Assembly: GCA_032718475.1 (NCBI GenBank) | Contig: JAUCBJ010006628.1 | Coordinates: 6,299 to 70,298 of the forward strand | Direction of reading: 5' to 3' | DNA: 64,000 nucleotides | Source of the DNA: Nemertoderma westbladi | Taxonomy: Eukaryota > Animalia > Xenacoelomorpha | Shown here: piece by piece, positions 1 through 13,212 of the stretch | How positions within the stretch are numbered: the first letter of the stretch is position 1 | Layout of the letters: each line of letters opens with the position of its first letter | Notes under the pieces: generated by a model | Database searches by the model: none | What the model saw: the letters and a program-made list of their open reading frames with translations, nothing else | What the model was told of the DNA's origin: nothing | Program-made: the position numbers and the translations under genes

Positions 1-94
1 ACAAGATTTGCAATGCATTATATATAATCGTTGTCACCAAGAACTGTTGTGGATTGCGTAATTATATTAATCCCCCCCCCCCCCCCCCCCCATC

Positions 95-134
95 GAAATA
101 CGCACGAGGTGCCCAAATTAAAATGGTGGTACTG
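95..134. mobile_element. Possible right terminus of a Tc1/mariner-like element
   Basis: Reverse complement reads TA-CAGTACCACCATTTTAATTTGGGCACC, a CAGT-type end after TA; no partner end in the window. Confidence 0.3.
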
Positions 135-464
135 TATATGTTTTTGAATTCCTTTATTAGCTAGCTAACTTATATATTCAATACATCGCGCCCTTAGGAA
201 TTAGGTCTAAGTCAAAAAATTATTATTTCGAGAAAAACGATTTTAAGTGATTGGTGAAATGACATTTGGTGATATACCATTTTCAATAACGCACAATAAC
301 TGTATTAGGCGAGACATATTGAATGTGTAATAGTTTCTTAGTCAAAACTTTTTTTTCGCGAAAAAAAAAAGGATTTAGGTCCCTTTTCTAGTATAATAAT
401 CAATATTTTAATAGTAGTTGGTATTTCTATTGTTTATACAATAAAGATTACAATAATAACTATT

Positions 465-605
465 TACATCATTGTGTGCAAAGTAGCACTTTGCAGCGTT
501 ATGACTCGAGTTTATTTATGTACCGAGCGAGCGCAGCGAGGGAGGTTTACATAAATAAACAATGGTCTTTAACGCTGAAAATTGACCTTTGCAAACAATG
601 ATGTA
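465..605. repeat. Large imperfect palindrome with a CCGAGCGAGCGCAGCGAG loop (probably a non-autonomous Crypton-like DNA repeat)
   Basis: Paired arms TACATCATTGTGTGCAAAG/CTTTGCAAACAATGATGTA, CAGCGTTA/TAACGCTG and GTTTATTTATGTA/TACATAAATAAAC. Family assignment is inference. Confidence 0.55.
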
Positions 606-1906
606 TGTCATTTTATTACATTATGTTAACTTGCATGGATGCTCATTTAAACATTTTAATCATGTACTATATCGAATATAAGTGAAAATTATTAACAGGT
701 ACCGGTACTATATATTTATATCTAATTAAAGATATTGTTGTTATCTCCTGCATGGATGTGATCAAATCTTTGATCCATCGTCGACTGAAGCAAACTGAGT
801 CACTGTCTGTGTCCGTTCAGTTTTACTGAACACTATCGCCATATTTTCTTTGCTCATTTTCTCTAAAATGTCTTCTATAGGACGTATGGAATACAGTCTA
901 CACGTTAAACAATTATTTACATACAGTTGCTAGTCCCGTCACTGCAAACTGGACGCACGCATTATGCAAACACGTGCTGCTTTATTAAATAAAAAAGCAC
1001 GCATTAATATAAATGGAAATAATAAATTCTGGAATACGGTAATATAAGATTGATTACTTTGCAGCGTTACGAGAAATTCACCAGAACGCAATGTAACAAT
1101 AATAATGATATATATATGTAATGTAATAATAATGTAACTAACTCACATATAACATACTAACTATAGGGTGAGTGAGGGAGACTTGAACCCCAAAAGTTAT
1201 AATCGCTCTAAAGAACAGATAAATAAATTTTTCAATGCCGTTTTAACTTAGATAGATAGATTTATTTATACATTATGTAAAAACAATAACAAATACACCA
1301 AACAATGTACCGGTATAAAGGTATTGTCCAACATAACATATATGATTACCCCTAAAGCTTTGCAGCTTATTTCCAAGGGGGTCATTTATGTTACTTGGTT
1401 ACAAATACAATATTACACTACGCTAACCTAAAACCAATATAAAACGTAATTACACTATGTACATGTACAACTTTACCGAGAGCGTGACAATGTCCGACTC
1501 AACGATAAAGATGTAATGTACAGAACAATTTATTATAAAACGTAATTACAGTATAAATAGTAAATAATTAATAACTAATAACTTACTGTAGGACTATTGT
1601 ACCTATTTTTACATTGCACACGGAGGTGAGATTTAACAGCAGGTTTAAAAGAATGTTGATTATCCAGGTGGAGAGCGCAAATGGAGCATTTGCGCCGTGC
1701 GAGCGCATGGCCGACGGCGTTGGCCATGTGGTATTGTTTTAGAATATTACAGTATTATTAATCCCATGTAAAGTTAAAAGTTAAAGCCCATATTGCTGAT
1801 GGAAAATAACAAATGCCTACCTTGATTTTGTTAAGGTCAGTTTTGTTTATACTTGAAGGCTTACATATATAAGTATACATGGGCATAATATTCCAAATAC
1901 TTTTGT

Positions 1907-1940
1907 TGCGCCTGTCGATTCGTATGAATCGACAGGCGCA
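1907..1940. other. Perfect 15-bp GC-rich hairpin after a T-tract (Helentron/HINE-type terminus candidate)
   Basis: TGCGCCTGTCGATTC-GTAT-GAATCGACAGGCGCA preceded by TTTTG. Confidence 0.45.
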
Positions 1941-1993
1941 TAGACCCCCCCAATTTATATTACTTGCGCATGTACATTAGTAGGCCTACAGAA

Positions 1994-3772
1994 GTACTTG
2001 GGTATTCCTGTATTCACAATATTCAACTACCATATATGAAGATAGGGTACGTTTTGACTAAAATTCTGCATCTGATGTAACATTTTGACTAGGCCTATCT
2101 GCCAAAAGAACCTCCACTATATCTGCCCTTCATGTAGGCCTACCATATTATTAAATTATTATTTATACTTCAAAAATTTGTGGCACGAAACACATCACAC
2201 GAAATGGAATTACAATAAAAGCAGGCCATTTAAAACCATCTTCAATCAATTAATTCAGCACCTTGGAAAACCTAATAATAAAAATTATTCAAATTTGTTG
2301 AATTGACAAAGGTGGTTCTGAATTAACGAGACGAGGGTGGACCCAGAGCTATCGAGGGTGGTCCCTGAATTAACGAGTGAGGACCCAGAGTTAATAGGGA
2401 TATTCCCTGGATTAATAAAAAATAATTAATACCAAAACTAATAACAAAAAAAACACCCAAAATATAATACCAGCAAATACAGAAATATACTCATATTAAC
2501 AAATAACACAAAAATAATTATTTAATAAAAAATTTAATATTGAACTTTTAAAGCTCTAAAATCATAAAGAAAACCCATGAAGGTGTATTCCAATTACAAT
2601 TGTTCAACCCCAGTGATTTTAAAATACACCAGACATGTCAGAGAGCATTGTAAGTATCATTTCCTTTGTGCAAAAATTAATTCTTCTTGATATATTATAT
2701 GCAAAATTTTCATGCATATTCAAACAATCAAAAGCGTGAAACCGGTAGTCATACAGCAATTGGATGTCTTTAGTAGGATCGGAAACACTCTAGAGAACAT
2801 TTAAAATAAACTTCATCATTCCAAAGTGAATACTTCTTGAGATATAGCCTTTCAAAAAATTAACCAATCATAGACCACGTAGCAAACCCCGACAATCCAA
2901 CAGCTATAAAACATCGTCAGTGAGTTAGGACATACTCCAGAGAATATTCTTAGCTTTCAAACTTCATCCCAAAGTGAAGCAAACTCGAGTTATCGTCGTT
3001 CAAAGCATTAGCCAATCAGGCGCCGTATCTGATGACCACGGTATGGGGGTGACTTGGGACCTCAACGCGAGATTCAGAACACCATCCAAAACATATTCGC
3101 ATAAAATCTTATCACTAATTGTCAAGGCCTAGGTAAGTTTTCAGCGTTTGAATATTTGAGCCAATCAGGTGCCAGATACAGTGACCACGGTACGCGCATG
3201 ACCTGAGACCCCAATGGAAGGTTCAGAGTACTGGCCAAAACATTTTCGCATCAAATTGTACCGTAAAATGTTACTGCATATCACAGCAAAGTCACCTACC
3301 GGTATTTGATCAGCAAAAGATCAGGTCTGACTGTGTGATTTGGGTCTGATCATATTTTCCTTTGCATGCATAAGAAGCCCTTCAATGGTCACTATCCGCT
3401 ACATTGATCTAATCCATATCGTCAGATAGCCCGTGTTGCTGTTATAAGATTTATTTTGATTTGGTGCGATTTGGGTAATTTTAGTTTTTTTGGGGTAAAC
3501 TATGGTATTAATAACTTCCAGTAAAATCCCAACATTAAGAACATTGCTAGAAACGTCAATCATCTATAGCCTACAAACTAAGGATAACTATCAGCCAGTT
3601 ACTGTACATGGGCAGATGGGTATACTAAGTACAGGAGTACCCAGTACTTGGATATTCCTGTATTGACAATACTCAACTATATGAAGATAGGGTACGTTTT
3701 GACTAAAATACGGCATCTGATGTAACGTTTTGACTAGGCCTATCTGCCAAAAGAACCTCCACTAAATATGCC
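1994..3772. repeat. Diverged ~135-bp direct repeat pair (about 1994-2128 and 3643-3772)
   Basis: Both copies contain ATGAAGATAGGGTACGTTTTGACTAAAAT and TTTTGACTAGGCCTATCTGCCAAAAGAACCTCCACTA. Confidence 0.85.
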
Positions 3773-4724
3773 ATCTCACTACAGACTGTGGAGATAGCTA
3801 CCGGCAAGAGGTGCTTGGTATATAGTTTTAGTCAGTAATGGCATACAGCAACTACTGACTTTATGATTTCATCAAGTTCATCAAACCAGGCTGACGACTC
3901 AGCTGTTTAATTAATTGCAGCCGGATTGGATAAATTATTAATTAATTTGGGAAACTTTACTAATTAGTAAAATCGTTAATTAGTTCGATTCAAAAGATTT
4001 TAGAATAATTATCATTTGTAAAATAGTAAACCGCTTTGATACACCTTGTGAATAAGGATTTGGGGGCGGGGGGGACAAAGCCCCCCCGCCAATTAGGTAA
4101 TTAAGTAATTAGTTAATTACTAATTAACGGTAGGAGATACGGCATCGGCGCCAGAGACTTTTTTGTGTAGAATAAAATTCCGAACAACTTTGTGATGTTA
4201 CGTTTTTTCATAGCTCTTAGTGTTTTCGAGTTACGACGCTAATTAGTTTTCGGCTAATTAGTACTAATTAACAGTAATAGGAGGGCCATAGCGATGACTG
4301 AACTTTTTTTAGATCTTACCGAGATGAACAAAAAAAAACACCGTTGCTAGGGGAAAAATCAAATACTTTTCGAGAAAAATCAATTAGAAATCTTTAATCG
4401 CTAATTACTAATTAATTAATTAACAGATTTTTTCCACAAAAACTCCTAGCTAGCGCGCTAGGGCCATCTACCAGATCGCGCAAACAGAATCGTTCTAGCT
4501 TTCGCCGTTCTCCTGGAAAAATCATTTAAAGATCCACCTAAAAAAGATCAAAGCAAAATGCCTACTTCTCAGGGAGTGATACTAGACCGTTAAATTATGA
4601 GGTTTGAAGTTGGTGTTGATGTTGGTTTCTATGTTCCGTTAAATAGGCTGCAGTATCTATACCTCATAATTCTCTGTCGAGCCTCGGGCTCTCCAGTTGC
4701 AGCCAGACCATCTAGGTTTTTAAT

Positions 4725-7700
4725 TTAATTTGGCAGAGCGTTCCAATTTTTAATGCCGTTAAAAAAGAAAGTATCAGATTCGAAGGATTTACAATTCGGG
4801 AGGTAGAAGTTTGAAGCACTAGCTCTGGTACTGTAAGAGTGTGTATCGCGTACCCTGCTGAATTTTTGTTTTAGGTAATTGGGACATTTACCATTATACA
4901 CTTTATTTATGCACATGGTTAAAGCGTAGCTGCTTAACTCTACTATCTAAGTTAAGTAGTCCAGGTCCAGTGCCTAGGTTTGTAGTCTTTAATAAATCGT
5001 ACTACTTTATTCTGAGCTACTTGTAATTTACATTTAAGCTGTTTGGTTAACCCTTCATACCAAGAAGAGCACGCATAGTCCATGTGACACTGTATTAAAG
5101 AAGAGCAAAGTAACTTGCGGGAGTCGGTGTTTAAACTATTTTTATTTCTATATAGAAACCTAAGCCTACTGTTAACTATCGAGAAAATATTTTTCACTGT
5201 GCTTTCCTCTGATAAGCAGTTATCCAATGTGGCGCCTAAATATTTAACTTCCTTTTTATTTTCAATCTTATGTCCATTACTAGTGACTTCAAACTTAGTT
5301 ACCTTCTTTAACTTTCTTTTGGAACCAAACAAAATACTTTCAGTCTTACCGTAGTGATGGATAGCTTATTATCAACCAACCACTCATTACAGGATTCTAG
5401 AACTGCACTTGACTTTTGGGAAATATGGATAGGATCTTTATGAGAGAAAATAAGAGCACAGTCGTCGGCATATAAAATGAGTTTAAAATCGGGATCTATA
5501 CTACTTATCATATCATTTACATAGCATACAAAAAGCAGAGGACCTAATATACTACCTTGCGGTACACCACAGGTAATCTCTTGTACAGTAGACTGCGATT
5601 TGCTAATGACTACAGTTTGACCTCTGTCTGACAGGTAGGACTTGAACCAGTCTATAGAACCTACACCCATCAGGCCTAACTTACCAAGCAGAATTTCGTG
5701 ATCTACAGTATCGAAAGCCTTTTGTAGGTGCAACATTACCATACCAGTATATAAACCCTTTGCGTTATTACATCTAATTGTATCAGAATAAGATAATAAT
5801 ATATTGTTAATAAGGCAGGTGTCTGTAGAATATGATTTACGAAAACCGGACTGAAGTTCATAGATCAGATTTAGCCTACTAAGATGTGCTTTCAGCTGTA
5901 GAAAAACAGAACGTTCTAGAATTTTAGATACAATACTTAAGATACTAACAGGTCTGTAATTACAGGGTTCTACTTTACTATTCTTTTTATACAGAGGAAC
6001 AACCTTAGCTAATTTCAGTTCGTCTGGTACTACATTATCTACGATAGAGTAATTAATAATAAAAGTAATAGGCACTTTAAGTACTTCAGCACCATCCTTA
6101 AGAAAACGGGCAGGTATTAGGTCTAGACCGGTACTTTTTGAGGCTGATAGGCTAAGTAGATTTTGAAAAACGAAATCCTCAGAAACGGGTGTTAAAAATA
6201 ACTTTTCTGATTTTTGTAACTTTTCTAAATAAAAATTATTTAGAGTTTCGGACCCTATACTACATTTATTACTTGATAACGGTAACTTCTTAACTAAATT
6301 AGAGGCAACATTAGTAAAATAATTATTAAATAAATTACTAACTAGAGTATGATCATGAATCAGCTCACCGTTATCTTGCAGAACAATATTCGATTTAGAT
6401 TTAAGGTTTTTATAACCTAAAGATTTTAGGGTAGACCATAGACTTTTAGGATTATCTTTATTCTCACTTATTTTGTTGTACAAATAATATTCAGATTTAG
6501 CTTTTTTTATTTCCCGTTGGACAAGGTTTCTATATTTGCAGAAATTATTATAATAAGCTAAAACACGGTATTTCCTAAATTTATACAAATAGTTATCTCT
6601 TTCTCTGATATTACTAAGAATACCCGAGCTCATCCAGGGCTCAGTGCGTTGTTTAAGACTAATTTATTTAATTGGTGCTACAGTATTAAGTGCCTTTAAA
6701 ATATATTATCTTTAAAAACAGTGTACGCAAGGTTAATGTCAGCGGCCTTAAAACAGGGTTCCCAGTCAGAATTAACTAACAAACTTAAAAAGCGTTCCTT
6801 GCTGTAATTTTTCATAGACCTAACAGTTACTGTTTTATGATCCCCGAAAAAAGATTTTTGTGTCTTTCTTGTGCAAAAAACTATAAAATGATCGCTTAGA
6901 CCTATAGGTAAAACCCCAGATTGAGAAATAATATCGGTATTATTACAAAGGATGTGATCTAGTAAAGTAGAAGTTTTACTGCATGGATGGTAATTCTGGT
7001 AGAATCTCGAATAATTTGTTTTAAATCAAACAAATTTAAAATACTTTGGTACTGTTTACAGCTGGGAGATGCTTTGTGATGGTAACAGATATTAAAATCA
7101 CCTAAGAAATATATTTCACAGTCTGACCTAAGATTACATAAAATTGTATTTTCAAAATTTTGCAAAAAATCTGATTGTTTAGGGGGCCGATATAAAGTAC
7201 CGATTAAAATAGGTTTAGTTTTAGGAAGTAAAAGTTCCACCAGTAAAACTAAAACCAGTCCACCAGTAAGACTCTAAATCTTCCCTATGATTAAAAGCTA
7301 AATCACATCGAATGTAAGTACAGACACCACCACCGTGTCTGTCCCTATCCTTACGTAAAACTACGTAATTATCAATATAAATTTCTCCATCAGAAACGCT
7401 ATCATCGAGCCAAGTTTCAGAGATTGTTAAAACTGCTGGGTTGGATTTATTAATTAAAATACGAGTTTCGGAAAGTTTGGGAAGCAGAGATCGTGCGTTT
7501 AAATGCAAAAAATGCAGACCTTTTTTCTTAATAAATTTAAAACTTTCACTCTCAGCATCACTTGGAGTTTGCAGAGGCGATGTGAGGAATGAATCTTCGG
7601 TTTCTGATTCTAAAATTGTATCATGAAAGGGAAGTTCGGTAAAAATACAGCTATTGCAGAGAAAACTTGGCTCAAAATTGTTTCTGGTGGAGAATAAATT

Positions 7701-7921
7701 ACTGCTTTTCCTACGGTAACATTTTAAATGTACAAATGTGTCACAACTCTCGCATTGGACGATCTTACTCCGAGAGTTTGTTCCTCGTTGACAGACGGGA
7801 CAGTTGATCTTCGGGGCCCGCGTCCTGCTGGGTCTTGGGTTGGTCTCAATATCCCCAGCCAGAGACAGAAGACAGAGTTTGGCGATTAGGCCTCTAGTTC
7901 GTGGAGAGGAGACCCGTGATC
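4725..7921 (-). pseudogene. LINE ORF2: 2A-like motif, PHD finger, APE endonuclease, reverse transcriptase (frameshifted)
   Basis: HLNARSLLPK, ISETWL, GDFN and LSDH endonuclease motifs; [29 protein letters not shown] and YADD RT motifs; split over several ORF-track frames. Confidence 0.93.
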
Positions 7922-8216
7922 GGATCTAGGACACTTCCCCCCCCGGACACTTCCCCCCCGGACACTTCCCCCCCGCCCAAGTAGGACACTTCCCCCCCGG
8001 ACACTTGCCCCCCGGACACTTGCCCCCCGGACACTTCCCCCCCAGTTAAAGTGTTAAAATTAATCTGGGTGCATCAAAGCAATAATCAAAAGTTAAAGAT
8101 GGTTACAGGACAAGTTGTATCTAGACAAGTTTTTTCAAAATTATAAAATAAACATTTTTATAGTCAAATTTTGTTTGTTTTTCTTTAAATTCCTTTAATT
8201 CTTTTAATTTCTTTTA

Positions 8217-8350
8217 ATTGGGGGCTGCCGCCCCCAAACCCCCGCTTCTTTTGTTGGGGGCTACCGCCCCCAAACCCCCGCTTCTTTTCTTGGGGGCTGC
8301 CGCCCCCGAACCCCCGCTTCTTTTCTTGGGGGTTATCGCCCCCAGACCCA
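8217..8350. repeat. 36-bp GC-rich tandem repeat, about 3.5 copies
   Basis: Unit TGGGGGCTGCCGCCCCCAAACCCCCGCTTCTTTTG/CT. Confidence 0.85.
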
Positions 8351-9071
8351 GGCATTTCCCTGAGTGCCCGTGGTGAAAGACTTAAGACCACTTTGAAATA
8401 ATTTATTCATGTTTGTATCATAAGATAATAAATTGACTAAGCCTAAAGTAGGAGCTGTATTGAATGTTAACCAATTTAATATATAAATTACTACAATATT
8501 ATATAATTCAACAAAATCCTATTAAAAATATTGCAAGTAACCAGGAAATGTAATATGTAGTGTGTATAATATCTATATATATAGTATGTATAGTAATATG
8601 TATATCAATATGTAATGCTGAACACAGAATACAGGTCGACGCACCCCGATTTTACCCTGGAGAGGTATAATTTTGATTGCAACAATAATATTCATCCCCA
8701 TCTGCTACAATTTGAAGAAGACTATTACATAGTAATACCTATAATTAAAACAATTAATTATTATAATTCTATAGTTAATAAAAACAGTATATCATTCCGG
8801 GGATGGAATTTATAGGTCATCTAATATAATTAATTGTTTAAAGATTAGCAAGCAATACTATGTAATTGCATTGATATAACCTATAAATAAAACTTGGATA
8901 TAAAATGTAAAATCGGGATGCAAAAGATCACTTTCTGAGCTACGAAAGGAAAATTGGATACAACTTATCTGGATAAAAGCGGTCCGTTTACCTTACAAAA
9001 TGAGAAATACGAATGTGCGAAGTTAAGAACAGTCGGGGGTGAAGTGTCCGCGGGGGGGAAGTGTCTGGGGG

Positions 9072-12000
9072 CAGGCGCGGATCCAGAAATTTATTTCGGG
9101 AGGGGCTAACATTCTGTACCCAGAAACTTTTTCAGCCCCCCCCCCCCCCCCCCCCCCCCTGAAAAAGTTTCTGGGTACAGGGTTGTGGAACACAACACAC
9201 ATTTCTAACAACAACAATCTGATAATTATTGCTATAGTATTGAGAATTTAATTACATATTATATGGATATTAAGAATAAAGCTAAAAAACGAGATTACCA
9301 AATTACCAAGAGATTGTAGGCCTACTAACATTGTACAAAATTAAATAAGGAGTAATCGTCGGGCCTGGCGTCCTGCAAACTCCTGAATAATTTCATCTAC
9401 AGTTACTATTATTTGTTTATGGATGGACATTAATGCCAGACCAGTTAATCGTTGCTGTGTCATTGTTGCCCTAAGGTATGACTTCAATAGTTTCAACTTG
9501 GAAAAAGTTCGCTCTGTTGTGGCTATGGAAATGGGAAGTGTGCCGAACATTCGCAGCAGAAATACAATTGACGGAAGAAAGCGATCTTTGGCCTTCTTCA
9601 CCCACGTGGCAATATCTGTAGAATTCTTATCCTCGTCTATTAGAGATGCTGCGAAACGACACCAGCTGGAAATCTCGACCGAAATTCTATCTAATGGCAT
9701 CTCCATGTCATCATCAAGGTTTAGGTCTTCGACTATCTTGATTAGTTGAGTCGCCGTCGTAGACTTCATGAATGATGGTATTAGCTCCTGTAGTTGTAGT
9801 TGCTTCGGACAATCTTCTAGAAATCGGTCTTGCAACTGACCAATAAGTTCGTCAAGCCAAGGAATATAGACGTTGAGTCGGAAGTACTCCTCAGCACCTG
9901 ATGCAGGGATGTTACCACGTTAGGTTTGGCGGCCAACAACTCGGGGAGGCATTAAATCAATACCGCCAAGTACTTCAGCTGTCTTAATAGCCTTGGCATA
10001 GATAACACCAAAGCTAGCAGCACTCTCGTTTCGCAGTTTCTGGAGGTCTGCCACAATATCTTTTATACGAGTATATGCTGAGGCTATGTTTATTGATGGG
10101 TCTTGTAGGGCTTCACTAACACCTATGAATAAAGGAAAATAGTTTATAGATATAGATTTATATATATAGATTTTACATAGCAACAAGGAAACTACACTGA
10201 AAAAACGATGTTGGTTTTTTATTAAGACCAAGAGTTTATAAAATAAACCAAATAAAATATATAAAATAAATAATATAATATAATATAAATAAATAATATA
10301 ATATAAAATAAATATAAATAAAACCTCAGTTTAATATAAAAATCCTATAGTTTTTCTCGAAATGTGATACAATGGAATTAATTTTACTTACTGGAATTCT
10401 GCACAACGGAAAACAAATAGTTTAAAAATATATAACTATATTGTATGTAGTTATATTAATTAGTAAAATATAGTAACTAACCCACTGTAAGGGCCAGAGA
10501 TGCAGAGGCAATTTCAATTGCAATTATGAAGCTGGATGTTTGCATGGCCGACAGTAGATTCGCCGCTGCCTCTGGTCTAGCTTCCCTTGATCCGGTCTCC
10601 GAAACCCAGGATAGCACCCCAATAACAGCAGGAAGCAACTCCTTAAAGACGAGGACTGCGTCATGGCGATCAACCCAGCGTGTTGGACAAAGAAGTTTGA
10701 GTCTATTTTGGCGAGACTTTGTTAGTTCGCCACTAGCTCGCATCGACAAGACAACATCCTCCATCTTCTTTATACGCTGAGGAGAAGCCTTTATGAAGGT
10801 ACATACCTTCTGTAGTGTACCCATCGCATTACGGACCTCTCGTTGCTCAGCTGCATGAGTTAGTGCAAGGTTTAATCTGAAAGAGATGTATAAATAATAA
10901 TAATTTATTCCTTTTGAATATTTTGTAACATTGAACATTTATTTATTCCTCTATTTAAAATAATGTTCAATTATAATATAATATACCTACTATAGTATAA
11001 CATAATAATTAGTAATTGTAATAGTACCGTACTCAAGATGCGAATTTTATAACTAGCTATATTTATTGCACCTGAATGTTACAACGTTTTGAATGTCCTC
11101 ATTGCCATTCACCACAACGATACTGAATATTTTTGATACATTTAAATTTATATAAGTGATGCTATAAGATATTTTTTTAGGTTTTTTTGCAAAGGAACAT
11201 TTTGAAGTCTGTGTTTAAATTTCCTCTGGTAAATTATTATAATAAGAAGAATATTATATTCTATATATATACTCTATAATATATATATTATTATAACAGA
11301 ATATTATAGTAATATTCTGTAACCGATGGATGGATATTAGAGAGATAATTAAGAGGATCATGTAGGATAATTAATTCCCATGAATACAGAGTACTGAAAG
11401 TAGACCGCGGTACCTACTGACCTATATATATATTATATATTTATTTATTATACAAAGTTACAGTACCTGTGATTAAAGCAATGAATGTAAACTGCTAGTG
11501 GTTGAGTTTCCTTCAATATGGATTGGCAACCTTTCATGTGTCCACGCATCGCACCAGCACCATCATAGCATTGGGCACGACAGTTTTCAAAACTTAAACC
11601 AAGTCTTGAAAGTTCATCAAGAACGAGTTTCGCCAACCCAGCCCCTGTGACATCAAGGGCCTCTATAAACCCAATAAAATCTTCATGGATACCCACATCA
11701 GCATCAACGTAACGAATTACCATAGATGCCTGCTCCTTGCTACTCACATCGGCAGTTTCGTCTATCGAAATTGAATAAAATTTCGCTTCTTTAACAGCAG
11801 TGGAGATTTTATTCTGAATTATGACTTTAGTGCAGTCAATTAATTCGTTCTGGGTAGTCTTCGAAGTCATAGTGGCGTTTGACTTAGCTTCATTTATAAA
11901 ACTGCCCAGAACCTCATCTCCCGCATCAACACGAAATCTGAGAAGAGAACGAAATATTCCTTCCTCTCTTTCCGCACTTATACCACCATCTGTCTCCTTC

Positions 12001-13212
12001 AATGTCAAGTGCCCCTTCATCTCTATGACCACGGAGTGGGAGATTGTGGCGTCCGCAAAACTGCACAGTTTTTATTATGGGAGTTAAACGTGCTCGATTT
12101 TCTCTAATTAAACGGGCCCGTACTGCATCTAGACGATTTTGTATCGAGTGCTCAGGATTCGACATTACATCTTTAAATCCTGCAGCCCTCTCAACACTTT
12201 CCTTGTGGTAACCCGACCTCTCATGTGTCTGTAGCTGTTCTAGCGCCTTCTTATATCTGCACAGAGGTTCGGCCACCAGTAATCCCAATTCCTGATGACT
12301 ACCCTTACCAACTTTCCGCTTGTCACCAACTCCACTGAACAGAACACAGGGGGCGCACAAAGCACCTTGGTAGTGCTTACTGTACCCCAACCAAGGAAAC
12401 CTACTTATCCAACCAACTTGGAAGCAGTGTTTCTGTTTGCCCTCACATACAGCAGGGAAAGAATAACCGTGCTGTGGCTTCCATCGATCATCCAGTAAGA
12501 CCATCTTCTCACCATCTGTCAGGTGCTTATTAGTAAGCGCGCACCCAATATCCTGTTTATCGAACCCTGGACTCTCTAACACTGCCATTCCACTATCAGT
12601 TTCCACACTTATGTCTTGTGGTTGCTGCACAGCACTTGTGGATTCTATTTGCTCCACACGTGCAGACTTTTCAGCAGCACCAAAAAAGTCCATTAAAGTC
12701 CGCTTCATGATTAGGGTAGAGAATTAATGCGGTAACAGTGATAACAGATATAATTAACAAATGAAATAACCTGAGCCCGCAGTGGTACAGTCACAGTCTG
12801 ACAGTGTACAGTCATAGAATTTACTGATTTACAATTATTTACAGTAGGCCTACCAATACCATACTGCCATACTGTTACAGTTTTGGTGTATGTGTTGACA
12901 GTGTTGTGTATTACAGTAAGCTACCATATTACTGTATTACCTGCTAAACTGAAACATTTTAAAGTTCACACTGTCATGCAGACTGTAATGGCTGATTGCG
13001 GTACCGGTAGTACTACTGTCAGACAGTTAGTGTGAATATGTTACTACAAATATGTAGGGGAAATTAATTTATGAATAAAGAATAAACTCGGGAACTCTGC
13101 AGTAGCAGTACATTGGCTGGCTGCATCTGCGTCAGGTTTAGAGTGATAAAATTTCGGGGGGGGGGGGGGGGCTTGAGCCCCCTAGCCCCCCCCCCCCTTG
13201 GATCCGCCCCTG
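9072..13212 (-). mobile_element. hAT DNA transposon inserted in the right repeat array of the MULE-like element
   Basis: TIRs CAGGCGCGGATCCAG and CAGGGGCGGATCCAAG (reverse complement); degenerate TSD (TCTGGGGG vs TACTGGGG); encodes a transposase. Confidence 0.88.
9341..12708 (-). pseudogene. ZMYM1/THAP12-like hAT transposase (TTF zinc finger, DUF4371, hAT dimerisation domain), 3 exons
   Basis: W..RFPWL.YS...CAPC, LPLRGH, SIDETADVS, QCYDGA, HCFNHR|LNL across intron 10877-11466, second intron 10123-10481, ERTFSKLK...RL.GLAL; frameshift near 11995 and TAA at 9920-9922. Confidence 0.92.

Noticed and set aside
3880-4570. Classifiable DNA transposon inside the LINE 3' UTR
   Set aside because: Repeat-like sequence, but no matching TIR pair or TSD could be found, so it is left uncalled.
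8185-8391. 68-aa repeat ORF (KKRGFGGGSPQ)n
   Set aside because: Translation of a 36-bp tandem repeat inside a non-autonomous element.
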